64,000 nucleotides of DNA from Oceanirhabdus seepicola (GTDB taxonomy: Bacteria; Bacillota; Clostridia; Clostridiales; Clostridiaceae): positions 144,148 to 208,147 of the forward strand of contig NZ_JAGSOJ010000007.1 in the NCBI RefSeq assembly GCF_023684385.1, read 5' to 3'. A program made the position numbers and the translations under genes. Below the pieces are notes generated by a model that saw only the letters and a list, made by a program, of their open reading frames with translations, ran no database searches and was not told where the DNA came from. Shown here piece by piece: positions 36,001-46,344 of this stretch. Position 1 is the first letter of the stretch. Each line of letters starts with the position of its first letter.

Positions 36001-38033
36001 TACATGATAATGATGGTGCAAAGATATTAAAAGCATTGCTGGAATTACATCAGAATATAGATTTATTAATATATAAGAGTGAGGTTAGAGCTTTAGCGAG
36101 ATTGTTTTGGAATCGGTTAGTGGATGATGAAACTAAGGAGTTGCTAACAAGTAGGTTAAAAGAATTAGCTAAGGTTTCTATGCATTTTAACTCATCACCA
36201 AATTTGGAGAACTATCTTCCTTATATAATTGAAAAACTTGAAAATACCTATAAGGACATAACATTCTTTGATAACAAATATATCCCTGATGCGGCTGAAT
36301 ATCTCTGTAAGGAGATTATGAAAGGTGAAGAATTTGTAGTTAGTAAAGAAGCTAAGAGAATATATGATGAATTTATGAGTTTCCTACGAGATAAGAATGT
36401 CCTTGATGAATTCTCATTATCAGTAAAAAATAGTTTGAAGGACATAGAAGGGGTTTTCTATCTAATTAAAGAATGGGTTAACGCTTACAGGTTGAATGGT
36501 ATAAATAATATCAGTATATTTGAAGCTTTGGATGAGGAAGAATTATCAGGTGTGCTTGATGAAGTTATTGTTATGTTAATTGAGAATAATGCCAACTTAG
36601 GTAGAGTTATTAATGTAGATACGAAGACAACCATAACTGGATTGGTTGGAACTCACAGAACAATTGATGGAGGCAAATATGCCATAGCTTATACGAAGTT
36701 TATGCATAAGCTAAGATACTACAGTGAGTTTGTAGTTAATGATTATCTCAAGTTCCAAAATATTAAAAAGGAACTTGTACAACAGTTTAAAGATGAGCTC
36801 CATTTAGATGATTTCAAACCAAAAGTACTCTCATCATTTGTTAGAAATAAGTTAATAGATAAAGTTTATTTGCCATTAATAGGGGATAATCTAGCTAAAC
36901 AAATTGGTGTTGTGGGTGATAATAAGCGAACTGATTTAATGGGAATGTTATTGCTAGTATCTCCGCCGGGTTATGGTAAAACAACCTTGATGGAGTATAT
37001 AGCAAGCAGACTAGGTATTATCCTTGTTAAAATTAATGGTCCTTCATTAGGCAACGAAGTGACATCATTAGATCCAGAGAAGGCTAATAATACTAGTGCT
37101 AGGGATGAACTGAGAAAACTCAATCTTGCACTTAAGATGGGCAACAATGTAATGATATATGTTGATGATATTCAGCATTGTAATCCGGAATTTTTACAGA
37201 AATTCATATCATTATGTGATGGCCAACGAAAGATTGAAGGGGTGTACAATGGGGCTGGGCAGACTTATGATTTAAGAGATAAGAAGGTAGCTGTCGTTAT
37301 GGCTGGTAATCCTTATACAGAAAGTGGTGAAAAATTTAAGATACCAGATATGCTTTCTAATAGAGCTGATGTATATAATCTTGGAGATATGCTTAGAGAG
37401 AATGAAGAAGCATTTAAGCTTAGTTATATTGAAAATAGCTTAACCTCTAATCCTGTACTCAGTAAACTATCAAATAGAAGTCAGAAGGATTTATATGGCC
37501 TTATTGAAATGGCTAATGGGGTTGAAAGAGAAAATGTTAATTTTGAAGGTACTTACTCCATAGACGAGCTAAATGAATATATTTCTGTAATAGAAAAGCT
37601 CTTTACTGTAAGAGATGTGGTATTAAAGGTTAATATGGAATATATATATTCAGCAGCCCAAGCTGATGAGTATAGGAATGAACCACCTTTTAAACTTCAA
37701 GGTTCTTATAGAAATATGAATAAGATTACAGAGAAAGTTGTTTCTATTATGAATGAAGAAGAATTGTTTGAGCAAGTACTTGCAAGCTACGAGAATGACT
37801 CTCAAACGCTTACAACTGGAGCAGAGGCGAATATGCTTAAGTGGAAAGAGATTGTAGGTTGTTTAAATAGTGAAGAAGAAAAACGTTGGGATGAAATTAA
37901 AAAGATATTTGTCAAAAGCAAATTAGTAAAAGGTGATGATAAGATAGGCCAGGCAGTAATGGTTCTAAGTAACCTTACGGATAATTTAGAAATGATTAAG
38001 GATATACTGGCTAAAGGTAAAGAGGTATCGTGA
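33096..38033 (+). CDS. Very large (about 1645 aa) protein with a C-terminal AAA+ ATPase domain (MoxR/McrB/dynein-like AAA_5)
   Basis: The Walker A is 'LLVSPPGYGKTTLMEY' and the Walker B is 'NVMIYVDDIQHCNPE'. A sensor region follows ('VAVVMAGNPYTESGEKFKIPDMLSNRADV'). There is a long coiled-coil middle region. The start is either TTG at 33096 after 'GAGGT' or ATG at 33147. Confidence 0.7.
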   Translation: MGAIENKDINGKNENKDMENSTYEVIKNRLIKHGNDLTERVEGLNAARKEVFGSIETKLLSSERILTEHNCIPRDMAPVDDCFIFGYNVHIGLKSKVELSDVFSIYEYKDHSFQKQSFELINDEKFLRDFDELYKYYKNTFFAKFTIIEPYFYMIFQTGKNATDIKAFKWLMEGGKLIYVDCRSEHEVKFINKNEFNFVKATRDDQRSGVYPHVSILDKVFVETINGDLTIKVEDNTEIGKGIYSEDVEDKDQNLDDAEIFYADLGEIIILKIRPFKESDYRYFVFNNKLKNVVRIDSIKDTCMLLPGNHGLIFPKGYYLQNGEYKIFDVPTENSVFDQMISSSNGEDYQYIFYNIESGIYLVYSYNIIEQTIEMPIVCSGYSHFNNGEMIVFKHENEPRKNHMIQIWQTPYVGKNYVSEGNTDSILFNIGNKDIVNCMADCKIVYKLIQKGESYQSIYIDIVKESEQIIDTYFWLDKQEAYNLKEVLIRIKETSAFAIGEFEKVVRIKNSTQKQISDVKNESEELLKKLEYGTFYTVDEYVRVLADIRNLRGKIVSLRDLRYTDLTIVDSLDTRVKEKNEEFSKKCVEFLIQPEGLKIYSDKVQELQDGIDKVNKSKEGKELSEKIDETSSDLELLIDILGNFKIDDPTMTTEIIEKISSLFSLINNAKARLKTRVEEFSKSEMSTQFNSQMKLLSQAVVNYLDVSDTVDKCDQYLNKVMVQIQELEGKFAEFDDYVLKLSEKREELYNAFESKKQSLLDKLNKRMVGLFTSSERIMNGIANRLKSFDTVEGINGYLATDIMAEKVRDIISELRNLGDSVKADEISSRLKTLKEDTIRQLKDKQELYVDGENVIKLGKNHFSVNTKAIDLSMVQKNDELYYHITGTDFWDKVVHKDIEKYQSVFEQSIVSENRDVYRGEYLAYSIFEGARNKQFESLDILYSKTDTQLVEVVQRFMEPRYQEGYTKGVHDNDGAKILKALLELHQNIDLLIYKSEVRALARLFWNRLVDDETKELLTSRLKELAKVSMHFNSSPNLENYLPYIIEKLENTYKDITFFDNKYIPDAAEYLCKEIMKGEEFVVSKEAKRIYDEFMSFLRDKNVLDEFSLSVKNSLKDIEGVFYLIKEWVNAYRLNGINNISIFEALDEEELSGVLDEVIVMLIENNANLGRVINVDTKTTITGLVGTHRTIDGGKYAIAYTKFMHKLRYYSEFVVNDYLKFQNIKKELVQQFKDELHLDDFKPKVLSSFVRNKLIDKVYLPLIGDNLAKQIGVVGDNKRTDLMGMLLLVSPPGYGKTTLMEYIASRLGIILVKINGPSLGNEVTSLDPEKANNTSARDELRKLNLALKMGNNVMIYVDDIQHCNPEFLQKFISLCDGQRKIEGVYNGAGQTYDLRDKKVAVVMAGNPYTESGEKFKIPDMLSNRADVYNLGDMLRENEEAFKLSYIENSLTSNPVLSKLSNRSQKDLYGLIEMANGVERENVNFEGTYSIDELNEYISVIEKLFTVRDVVLKVNMEYIYSAAQADEYRNEPPFKLQGSYRNMNKITEKVVSIMNEEELFEQVLASYENDSQTLTTGAEANMLKWKEIVGCLNSEEEKRWDEIKKIFVKSKLVKGDDKIGQAVMVLSNLTDNLEMIKDILAKGKEVS

Positions 38034-38235
38034 ACCCTCCCACCAGTTGCTCACGCAGAACTGGGGGCTTCTAGTATCGTGTATTAGAATTTTTCCTGTT
38101 TCCTAGAACATCGCCATACAGGTCTTATGCGTTCTCCACAGGCTTGACTTTCCCTAGGACCTAGGGTAGTTACCGTTTTGCGGTATTCTAAGTTGCCTTA
38201 GATATTTTACGTGATGGAGGCTAAGTTTGGTTTTC
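38034..38235 (+). ncRNA. GC-rich (about 45% against about 30% background) structured intergenic region, a candidate non-coding RNA of unknown family
   Basis: It contains no ORF. Local hairpins include 'CCAGTT-gctcacgcag-AACTGG' and the palindrome 'CCCTAGGACCTAGGG'. The GC content is locally elevated, and further stem-loops follow at 38343-38372 and 38384-38413. Confidence 0.25.
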
Positions 38236-38523
38236 GCTTTATTTGTATACCCATCACAACCTTATATATCTAGTTATCAAAGAACATTTATACTTATAGT
38301 ATATACATTTTCTGATGATTTTACACTTGTAAGCTATAGTATCTTCAGAAGCATATCGAATCCTTCTGAAAATAGTATTATCCATCACCCACTTATAGAA
38401 GATGGGTGACTTCCATACAATTACGGTTAAAAGTAAAAAGAGCTGTTTTAAAATAAAGTTGATTTTGAATTAAAGAATAGGCTATTATGGGTATATACCT
38501 GTAATAGCCTATTTAGTGTATAT

Positions 38524-39039
38524 TTAATTAGTGAATAGTTCTTTTGTTTTTAATTCTGATCGTATATTTTCCCAATGTTCGATAGTATCTTCATAAGTCA
38601 TTTCTAAAATATTATTTTCAGCTAGGAACTTTGATAATACTCTAAAATCGTTATTTAATGCGCTAATATAATTCTTTTGTATCTCAGGGTCATCATGGTT
38701 TATTATTTTATGCTCCATTGTTATAATGGCATCTACATATAGTTTTAGTGGAGAAAAGTAATTGAGTGAATCAGACATTGAATAAAGTGCGGATACAAGT
38801 TCTACTTGAGCATCACCTAACAAATCCATCTTTTTTGTATTACTTAAACTATCCCATTGATAATTTAGTTTTCCAATATAATTAACTGCATCATCAATAG
38901 ATATAGTGGCACGGGCATATAAAATAAGTTCTCTTTGATGCTCTTTATTTCGTTTATCATAAAAGTTATATGCTAAGACGATATTTGATAATAGTAATAC
39001 AACAATTAAAGTTATAAGTATTCTAGTTTTTTTATACAT
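38524..39039 (-). CDS. Hypothetical membrane-anchored protein (171 aa from the ATG at 39039)
   Basis: It has the N-terminal TM 'ILITLIVVLLLSNIVLAY' and the RBS 'GGAGGTTTC'. Confidence 0.5.
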   Translation of the reverse strand: MYKKTRILITLIVVLLLSNIVLAYNFYDKRNKEHQRELILYARATISIDDAVNYIGKLNYQWDSLSNTKKMDLLGDAQVELVSALYSMSDSLNYFSPLKLYVDAIITMEHKIINHDDPEIQKNYISALNNDFRVLSKFLAENNILEMTYEDTIEHWENIRSELKTKELFTN

Positions 39040-39355
39040 GAAACCTCCAATTTCTCGTTGCACCGGGAGTGTTTATTGTTACCCTCATGTAACAATAAGG
39101 TACAAAGGTTTTAACTTGTAAGTAAGTTTTTTATGTCAGTATTTTCAATACATTAATTTTATTATAGCCTTTGGTGAATAATAAAACAATATATCGCTAA
39201 TATCAGTATTATTGAGTTCTTTAGAAATTTTAACAAAAATCCCTATGCACATTAATGTGTTTAATGGTATTATAACATTGTCTATATAAATTGTAATTTG
39301 AGTTATATTTTTTGAAGGAAAATATTAGATAAACTATAAAGGGTGTGATTGATAA

Positions 39356-39598
39356 ATGAAATTTATGATGTATGTTAAAGAGAATAATATGATGGATACC
39401 ATAAATCTAACAGCAGAAAATGAAGAGGAAGCATTATACATATTTATAGATGAAAAACTTCAGTTAATTAAAGGAATAAAATATGTTAATGACTTAAAAA
39501 AAGAGTTATACAAAGAATTTGATAAGTTCCTTGTTAATTTAGAAACAAAGAACAGATGCATATTAAATAAAGATGTAATGATAAAAAAATTAACTTAG
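39356..39598 (+). CDS. Hypothetical small protein (80 aa)
   Basis: The ORF has a strong intrinsic terminator immediately downstream. It has no recognisable motif. Confidence 0.35.
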   Translation: MKFMMYVKENNMMDTINLTAENEEEALYIFIDEKLQLIKGIKYVNDLKKELYKEFDKFLVNLETKNRCILNKDVMIKKLT

Positions 39599-39616
39599 AT
39601 TATTATAGAATAAACA

Positions 39617-39657
39617 AGGAAAATCACGTTTCTGAATTAGGAAACGTGATTTTTTAT
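39617..39657 (+). terminator. Rho-independent terminator
   Basis: 'AAAATCACGTTTC-tgaattag-GAAACGTGATTTT' is followed by TTATT. Confidence 0.8.
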
Positions 39658-39935
39658 TAGTAAAGAAATTTAAAATTTTCCTTAATAAATGATCACTTGT
39701 AATCTGCTTATATCAATATGTTACATATTAGTGTGAAATTGTACCAGTCATTTCACTTTAATGATTTTCACTGATTCACCAAGGGTGTCATAATTATTAG
39801 GTATGCAAATGATAATTATGAAAAATACAAAAATATTCGGATTTTATCTTGAAATTAATACTGCATTCTGTTAATATGTAAAAGTCGCTGATTTCAGATA
39901 GATTTTTTAAAACAAAAGAAAAGGGATGATAAGAT

Positions 39936-41021
39936 ATGAGACTTAAAAGAATTATGGCTAGCGTGGTTATGGCATCTATGATAGTAGGAGCACTTACTGC
40001 ATGCGGGAATGAAAATGTTCAGAATAATAATGAGACAAGCACAAAGAAGGCATTAGTAGGTTTAGTTACTACAGAAGGTGGGGTAAATGACAAGTCATTT
40101 AATCAAAGTGCAGATAAAGGAATAAAAAAAGCTGCAGAAGAATTTGATGTTAAGTATAGTGTTATAGAATCATTTAACAAAGAAGATTATGAAGAAAATA
40201 TGGAAGCTCTTATAGATGAAGAAGCAGATTTGATTTTTGCTACGGGATTCCAAATGGTAGATGCTGTTAAGAATGTTGCAGAAAATTATGAGAACAGTAA
40301 CTTTGCAATAGTAGATAATATTGTAGAATTAGATAATGTAAAGTCAATAGTTTTTAAGGAGCACGAAGGTTCTTTCTTAATGGGTGTAATAGCAGGAAAA
40401 ATGACAGAATCTAATAAAGTTGGATTTATGGGTGGAAGAGATATAGAACTAACTAATAGATTTGAAGTGGGATTTGCAGCAGGAGTGATGAGTGTTAATC
40501 CAGAAGCGGGAAAATACCTGATGGATAGAAAAACAGTTAAGTATGTTGAGAGTTTTGTAGATGTTAACAAAGGTTATGAAGTGGCAAAATCGCTATATGA
40601 TGAAGGTTGTGACGTTGTGTATCATGCTGCTGGTGGAGCAGGAATTGGTATGTTTTCAGCAGCACAGGAGTTAAGAAATAGTGGAAAAGATGTATGGTGT
40701 ATCGGAGTAGATATGGACCAAGCACAAACAATGCCAGAATACAAAAATGTTCTTTTATCAAGTATGGTAAAACGTGTTGATGTTGGTACATACGAAGTTG
40801 TTAAGGAAGTGGCTAATGGAGAATTTGAAGGTGGGAAAGTTGTGCAAATGGGATTAAAGGAAAATGCACTAGAAATAGCAGAATCCACATCAAATAATAC
40901 TCCTACTGAAGTAATTGAACTTGCAGAACAATACAAAGAAGCAATAGCAAAGGGTGAAATTAAAGTTCCAAGTAATTTTGATGAATTAATGAGCTTTAAA
41001 GGAGTAAGTTTAGAAAAATAA
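39936..41021 (+). CDS. BMP-family ABC transporter substrate-binding lipoprotein (PnrA/Med-like, nucleoside-binding)
   Basis: The signal peptide has the lipobox 'ALTAC'. 'GLVTTEGGVNDKSFNQSA' and 'GVDMDQA' are typical BMP-family motifs. Confidence 0.8.
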   Translation: MRLKRIMASVVMASMIVGALTACGNENVQNNNETSTKKALVGLVTTEGGVNDKSFNQSADKGIKKAAEEFDVKYSVIESFNKEDYEENMEALIDEEADLIFATGFQMVDAVKNVAENYENSNFAIVDNIVELDNVKSIVFKEHEGSFLMGVIAGKMTESNKVGFMGGRDIELTNRFEVGFAAGVMSVNPEAGKYLMDRKTVKYVESFVDVNKGYEVAKSLYDEGCDVVYHAAGGAGIGMFSAAQELRNSGKDVWCIGVDMDQAQTMPEYKNVLLSSMVKRVDVGTYEVVKEVANGEFEGGKVVQMGLKENALEIAESTSNNTPTEVIELAEQYKEAIAKGEIKVPSNFDELMSFKGVSLEK

Positions 41022-41046
41022 TAATAAAATATTTTTCATGTGAAGT

Positions 41047-41088
41047 AAAGCAGATCCAAACTTAAAAATTGGGTTTGCTTTTTTTATC
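41047..41088 (+). terminator. Rho-independent terminator
   Basis: 'AAAGCAGATCCAAA-cttaaaaa-TTTGGGTTTGCTTT' is a 14-bp stem with two G-U pairs, followed by TTTTTTT. Confidence 0.7.
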
Positions 41089-41200
41089 CACCAGAGTGAC
41101 TGGCATCACTGGAACATACATATAGGGCTGAAAGACGACTTAAATAAAGTATTGGGAAAAAATTTGTAGTTGTAAACCTACTTGGTTGTTTTTTAATGAA

Positions 41201-41330
41201 TACAGAATAGAAATCTGATATCTTGGGAGTGGGATGTCAGATTTTTGTATTTGGAAATACTTTTTGAAAATATATTTACATATATGAGATTATGTTAACT
41301 AAAGTAATGTAAACAACAAAACTAAAATTA
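41201..41330 (+). repeat. Intergenic repeat copy C, hairpin plus AT-rich module
   Basis: 'ATACAGAATAGAAATCTGATATC-ttgggagtgg-GATGTCAGATTTTTG ...TTACATATATGAGATTATGTTAACTAAAGTAATGTAAACAA' is collinear with copy A. Confidence 0.8.
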
Positions 41331-41470
41331 GCTAAATATGTTTACAGTTGAATAATATATAGAATTATTATATAATCTAACTTGTTTTGTTTCAAGAAAA
41401 ATATTCATTAAGGTGAAAATAATACATTTTAAGTATTCTTGACACAATTATAATCGGGGGGAGTTAACAA

Positions 41471-43492
41471 GTGAAAAAACTAAAGAAAATTACTATTAGA
41501 CAAAAAATTATCGGTTCTTGTTTAGCCATGTTTTTGATTATTATGAGTATATCAACTATATTTACTCAAAAGGTTGTAGATGAAAAAATTGAAGAACAAA
41601 TTTCACAACAAGGATTATATTTAGCAGAGGAAATGGTAAATGAATTAAATAAAATTGTAGTCGCTCAGGAATCAATTGAATCCTTATTAGGAACAAATAT
41701 GAAAACGATAGCTTATTTAATAGGAACGGATAAAGAAAATTATTCTAATGATAAATTAGTTGAATTAGAAAAAAAATTTAATATTGCAGAGATGAATATT
41801 ATAAATGACAAAAGAAAAATTGTTTACTCTAACATGTCTGCCAACGTTGGATGGGTATATGAGAAGGGAAGTACAATGGATCTTTTATTTGAAGGAAAAC
41901 TTAATGACTTGGTAACGGAAGTTAGTAAAAGTGATTCTGATGGTAAATACTACAAATATTGTAATGTGGATTTGGAGAATGGATATTTCATTCAAATGGG
42001 CGTTTCAGCTGAGGTAGTAGCTAATATAAAAGATAAAATGAATATACAAACTCTTGTTGATGAAGTGGGTAGTAAAGAAAATATAGAATATGCATTAGTT
42101 TATGACAATAAAGGTACTGCTATTGCCAGCAGTGATCATGAGGATTTAGGGAAAACATTTGATGATGAAGCAACGATTACAGCGGCAGTTAATGGTGAGA
42201 TATATAACAAGAAGATGTTATATGAAGGAAAATGGATTCATGATGTGCAAATTCCTATATATAAAGAGGGTAAACATATAGGGTCAATGGATGTTGCTTT
42301 ATCATTAGATCAACTTGATGCAGCGAAAAAAGAATTATGGATTAATAACTTATTATATACTATCATTTCTATCTTTATATTTATAGTTTTATTAATAGTA
42401 ATTATAAAAATTTCTTTAAAACCTTTAAAAGAATTAACGGGATACACTAAATTAATGGCAAAAGGTGATTTTACTTCAAAAATTCCAGAAAAACTAACTG
42501 GATTAAATGATGAAATTGGAGAAATAGCTAACACTACCTTAATGATGCAGTCAGATTTAAAAGGATTATTGGGAAATGTTAAATCCAGCGTTCATAACAT
42601 GGAGAATTCTTCAGAAGAATTAAACACTATTACTCAGAACTCTACACAAACAACTTCTGAAATAGCTGAATCAATTGAAATGTTAGCAAATGCAGCAACT
42701 GAGCAGACCGTTTATGGAGAAAATATTGTTAACAAAATAAATGAACTAGGTGATCAAATAGAACTTATTAATAATTTAGTTGTTGAGGTATTTAATATAA
42801 CAAATGAAACAAATAAGTTAAGTGATCAAGGTAAAATTATTATGGGAGAGTTAAATAGTATAACTTCAGAAAATACTGATGAAGCAATAAAAACAGCTAA
42901 AATAATAAAGGATGTTAGTGAATATTCTTATAATGCAGAATCAATTATTGAATTAATTAATAATATTTCAGATCAGACTAATTTATTAGCATTAAATGCA
43001 AGTATTGAGGCAGCAAGAGCAGGTGACGTAGGGAAAGGGTTTGCAGTTGTAGCTGACGAAATTAGAAAATTAGCAGAGCAAACTTCTAAAGCAACAGATG
43101 AAATTCAAACACTTATTAAAAATATTCAATATAAGGCTAATAACGCTGTTGAAACCATGGATAATATTAAAATAATAAGTACAAAACAAAAAAGTTCAAT
43201 AAATGATACTACGAATGTATTTAATAAGACCTCAAATACCTTAGCAAATCTAGTAGATAATATGAGTCAGTTAAAAGAAAAGGCAGGATTTATAGATATC
43301 AATAAAGATAAGATGATTGGAGATATTTCCAATATATCTTCTATTTTAGAAGAGACATCTGCTAGTACAGAGGAAGTGTCTGCTTCGGCAGAAGAACAAT
43401 TAGCTACGATACAGGAAATAGCTGATCAAGCTAAGAGGGCTAAAGAGTTATCAGAAGAACTTAACAATGAAATTGATAGATTTAAAATTTAA
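41471..43492 (+). CDS. Methyl-accepting chemotaxis protein with a Cache-type extracellular sensor
   Basis: It has an N-terminal TM, a periplasmic sensor, a second TM and a HAMP domain. The MCP signalling domain reads '[40 protein letters not shown]'. Confidence 0.85.
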   Translation: MKKLKKITIRQKIIGSCLAMFLIIMSISTIFTQKVVDEKIEEQISQQGLYLAEEMVNELNKIVVAQESIESLLGTNMKTIAYLIGTDKENYSNDKLVELEKKFNIAEMNIINDKRKIVYSNMSANVGWVYEKGSTMDLLFEGKLNDLVTEVSKSDSDGKYYKYCNVDLENGYFIQMGVSAEVVANIKDKMNIQTLVDEVGSKENIEYALVYDNKGTAIASSDHEDLGKTFDDEATITAAVNGEIYNKKMLYEGKWIHDVQIPIYKEGKHIGSMDVALSLDQLDAAKKELWINNLLYTIISIFIFIVLLIVIIKISLKPLKELTGYTKLMAKGDFTSKIPEKLTGLNDEIGEIANTTLMMQSDLKGLLGNVKSSVHNMENSSEELNTITQNSTQTTSEIAESIEMLANAATEQTVYGENIVNKINELGDQIELINNLVVEVFNITNETNKLSDQGKIIMGELNSITSENTDEAIKTAKIIKDVSEYSYNAESIIELINNISDQTNLLALNASIEAARAGDVGKGFAVVADEIRKLAEQTSKATDEIQTLIKNIQYKANNAVETMDNIKIISTKQKSSINDTTNVFNKTSNTLANLVDNMSQLKEKAGFIDINKDKMIGDISNISSILEETSASTEEVSASAEEQLATIQEIADQAKRAKELSEELNNEIDRFKI

Positions 43493-43704
43493 TAATTAGA
43501 TGATGAGCCTAAGGGCTCATTTATTTTGCCCAAAGTTTTGTAGTAAATAATTTAATTAAGTTTATTAATTAACAATATGAATTTAGAATTAATAGCTGTT
43601 ACTTTATGAAAACTGAAATAATATAAACAATATTAAGCAACGTTCATTACTTAAAAGAATATAACTTCAATATATGAATACGTATTAATAAAGGGGGAGA
43701 TTTT

Positions 43705-44421
43705 ATGAAAAATCATTTAGTAATATGTGTTTTGATATTATTAATGGGGGGACTTGGAGGAACAATAAATTATCTTCTTAATAATGAATCCAGAGAAAAA
43801 AATAAGTTTTTTAACGACAAATATTTTTGGTCATGTTTTATCATTGGAATTGGAGCTTCAATCCTTGTTCCATTATTTCTTAATACGATTTCAAGTAATC
43901 TTATTAATGAAAGTGCTAATGATCCAAATAAACTGTACATTATAGCCGGATTTTTTCTGCTAGCAGCAATTTATTCAAAAAAATTTATAAACTCAATATG
44001 GGACAGGGTTACTAAACAAGTTAATGAAAACACCCAACAAATTAGAGCTATTAATAAAGAAACACAACCAATTATTGAAAAAGAAACGGAGGATGATTTT
44101 CTAGGGAAAGAAATTTTCACAACAATATCAGATGAGAGACGGTTAGCTTATAGTAAAAACAATGTAAATGATGAATTTAAAATTCTTAATAATATTATCA
44201 ATGGTAATTATACATTTAGATCAATTAAGGGAATCAGTGAAGAAATAAATATAAATGAGAGTACTGTAATTAAAATAATTGAAGAGTTAATACGAAAAGA
44301 TTATATAGGTATTAGAGATGGGAAAGATGGGGTTAAATATTACATTACTCAAAAAGGAAGAAGATATTATAAATCAGAATTAATGAAAGTAATATCATGG
44401 AATGAGAATAAGAAGGATTAA
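43705..44421 (+). CDS. Hypothetical membrane protein with three TM helices and a C-terminal winged-helix-like region
   Basis: It has N-terminal hydrophobic segments and the RBS 'AAAGGGGGAG'. Confidence 0.45.
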   Translation: MKNHLVICVLILLMGGLGGTINYLLNNESREKNKFFNDKYFWSCFIIGIGASILVPLFLNTISSNLINESANDPNKLYIIAGFFLLAAIYSKKFINSIWDRVTKQVNENTQQIRAINKETQPIIEKETEDDFLGKEIFTTISDERRLAYSKNNVNDEFKILNNIINGNYTFRSIKGISEEININESTVIKIIEELIRKDYIGIRDGKDGVKYYITQKGRRYYKSELMKVISWNENKKD

Positions 44422-44426
44422 AAATG

Positions 44427-44456
44427 CAAGAGCTGAAAAGATTTCTCAGCTCTTGC
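44427..44456. terminator. Bidirectional terminator hairpin between convergent genes
   Basis: 'CAAGAGCTGA-aaagatttc-TCAGCTCTTG'. Confidence 0.6.
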
Positions 44457-45030
44457 TATCTTTATTATCTTCTGTTCTTAAAAAATTTGGGGTATTTACA
44501 ACTAAAAATTTTGTATTCAGATTTGTGTTATTAACCCAGTTATGCTCAAGCATAGAATCAAAGTGTACGGAATCTCCGGGATATAATATATGTTTTTGAT
44601 GATCTATAAAAATAGTCAAAATTCCTTCTAATACATAAATGAATTCTTCACCTTCATGGTGATATTCTTCTATTTCTTCTGTTCCTTCGTGAGGTAAGAC
44701 TTGAACTAGTTTAGGTACTATGTTGCTTATGTTAAGTCTATTGGATAAATTGTAGTAAATTATATTCGAATTTATTATTTGAGAAACTTCTTGTTCATAG
44801 CTTTTGATAACAAGATTTTCTTTTTCTTTAGGTGATGAAAAGAAATAAGTTAATTTTACTCCTAAAACATCGGCGATTTTAGTTAAGCAATCAATCGAAA
44901 CACTAGTTAATCCTCTTTCTAATTGTGAGAAAAAAACTATTGAAAGACCGACTTGGTCACTTAAATCCTTTAAAGTCATTCCTTTGATTTGTCGTAATGC
45001 TTTTATTTTATTACCTATATCCTTATTCAT
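44446..45030 (-). CDS. XRE-family HTH plus cupin-domain transcriptional regulator
   Basis: The N-terminal HTH is 'IKALRQIKGMTLKDLSDQVGLSIVFFSQLERG'. The C-terminal cupin motif is 'EGEEFIYVLEG..GDSVHF'. It is divergent from the GRE operon. Confidence 0.75.
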   Translation of the reverse strand: MNKDIGNKIKALRQIKGMTLKDLSDQVGLSIVFFSQLERGLTSVSIDCLTKIADVLGVKLTYFFSSPKEKENLVIKSYEQEVSQIINSNIIYYNLSNRLNISNIVPKLVQVLPHEGTEEIEEYHHEGEEFIYVLEGILTIFIDHQKHILYPGDSVHFDSMLEHNWVNNTNLNTKFLVVNTPNFLRTEDNKDSKS

Positions 45031-45440
45031 GTTTTCCCTCTTTTCTAATCTGAAAATGTTTTTGTAGGAGTGATTATATATAGTATAATTTCACTTAATA
45101 ATATTATATCATCATTACATAAAAAAACAAAGATTAATCATCGAGTTTTCATATATATGAAATGAATTTTAGATATATTAATTTTATTATGAGTTTTACT
45201 AGACTTAATTATAATTCGAGACTATAATAATATTATGAAAAGTTAATTGTAACATTAAGAATGCAAGCGGTGAGCAAGAGCTGAATAACTTGTACACTTT
45301 GTTATAAGCAATTGATGTTCTTCTCTATTTTTGATAAAAGAATAGAATTTTATAATTATGAAATTTAATATTGAATAATTACTATTTTTTATGATAACGT
45401 ATACTTATATTATTATTGCCAATTAGGAAGTGATGAAATA

Positions 45441-46340
45441 ATGATAGGAACTATAATGAATATTCAAAAATATTCTATTCATGATGGTCCAGGGATTCGA
45501 ACGACAGTGTTTTTTAAAGGTTGTCCATTGAGATGCTGGTGGTGTCATAATCCTGAAAGTCAAAGATGTAAACATCAAATTATGTATTTTGAAGAAAGAT
45601 GTACATGTTGTGGTGTGTGTGAAAAAAGATGTACACAAAAAGCCATTACAATACAAAACTCCCGTGTTCTGATTGATAAGGATAAATGTAATAGTTGTGG
45701 AAAGTGTAGCGACTTTTGTCCTAATAATGCATTGGAATATGTGGGTAAGGATATGACTGTAATGGAGCTTATGAAAGAAATAAAAAAAGATGAGATATTT
45801 TATGAAGAATCTGGTGGAGGAGTTACTTTCTCAGGCGGTGAGCCAATGGTTCAAGCAGATTTCTTGAATGAAGTGCTAAAAGCTTGCAAAGAAAGAGAAT
45901 TACATACAGCGGTAGATGTAAGTGGATATGGAAGTTGGGATAATTTTAAGAAGATAGCAGATAAAGTAGACTTGTTTTTGTATGATCTTAAATTTATAAA
46001 TAATGAAAAGCACAAAAAATATATAGAGACATCTAATGAAGAAATCCTTGCAAATTTAAGAAGATTATCTGAAATTGGTGCAAATATATTTGTTAGGATG
46101 CCTATTATTAAAGGTATAAATGATGATGATGAACATATTAATGAAAGTATTAAATTTTTATCTGAATTAAATATTTTACAAGTTAATTTACTTCCATATC
46201 ATGAAATGGGTAAGGATAAATATAGAATGCTTGGATTAAGATATAAATTAACTGGTTTTGAAAGACCGACTGATGAAAAAATGAATGAAATAGCAATAAA
46301 ATTTAAGAAAGCTAATATAAAAGTGAAGATAGGAGGATGA
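45441..46340 (+). CDS. Glycyl-radical enzyme activating enzyme (PflA family with an extra ferredoxin-like domain)
   Basis: 'SIHDGPGIRTTVFFKGCPLRCWWCHNPES' is the radical-SAM CxxxCxxC motif. Two additional Cys clusters follow ('CTCCGVCEKRC', 'CNSCGKCSDFCP'). Confidence 0.85.
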   Translation: MIGTIMNIQKYSIHDGPGIRTTVFFKGCPLRCWWCHNPESQRCKHQIMYFEERCTCCGVCEKRCTQKAITIQNSRVLIDKDKCNSCGKCSDFCPNNALEYVGKDMTVMELMKEIKKDEIFYEESGGGVTFSGGEPMVQADFLNEVLKACKERELHTAVDVSGYGSWDNFKKIADKVDLFLYDLKFINNEKHKKYIETSNEEILANLRRLSEIGANIFVRMPIIKGINDDDEHINESIKFLSELNILQVNLLPYHEMGKDKYRMLGLRYKLTGFERPTDEKMNEIAIKFKKANIKVKIGG

Positions 46341-46344
46341 TATT

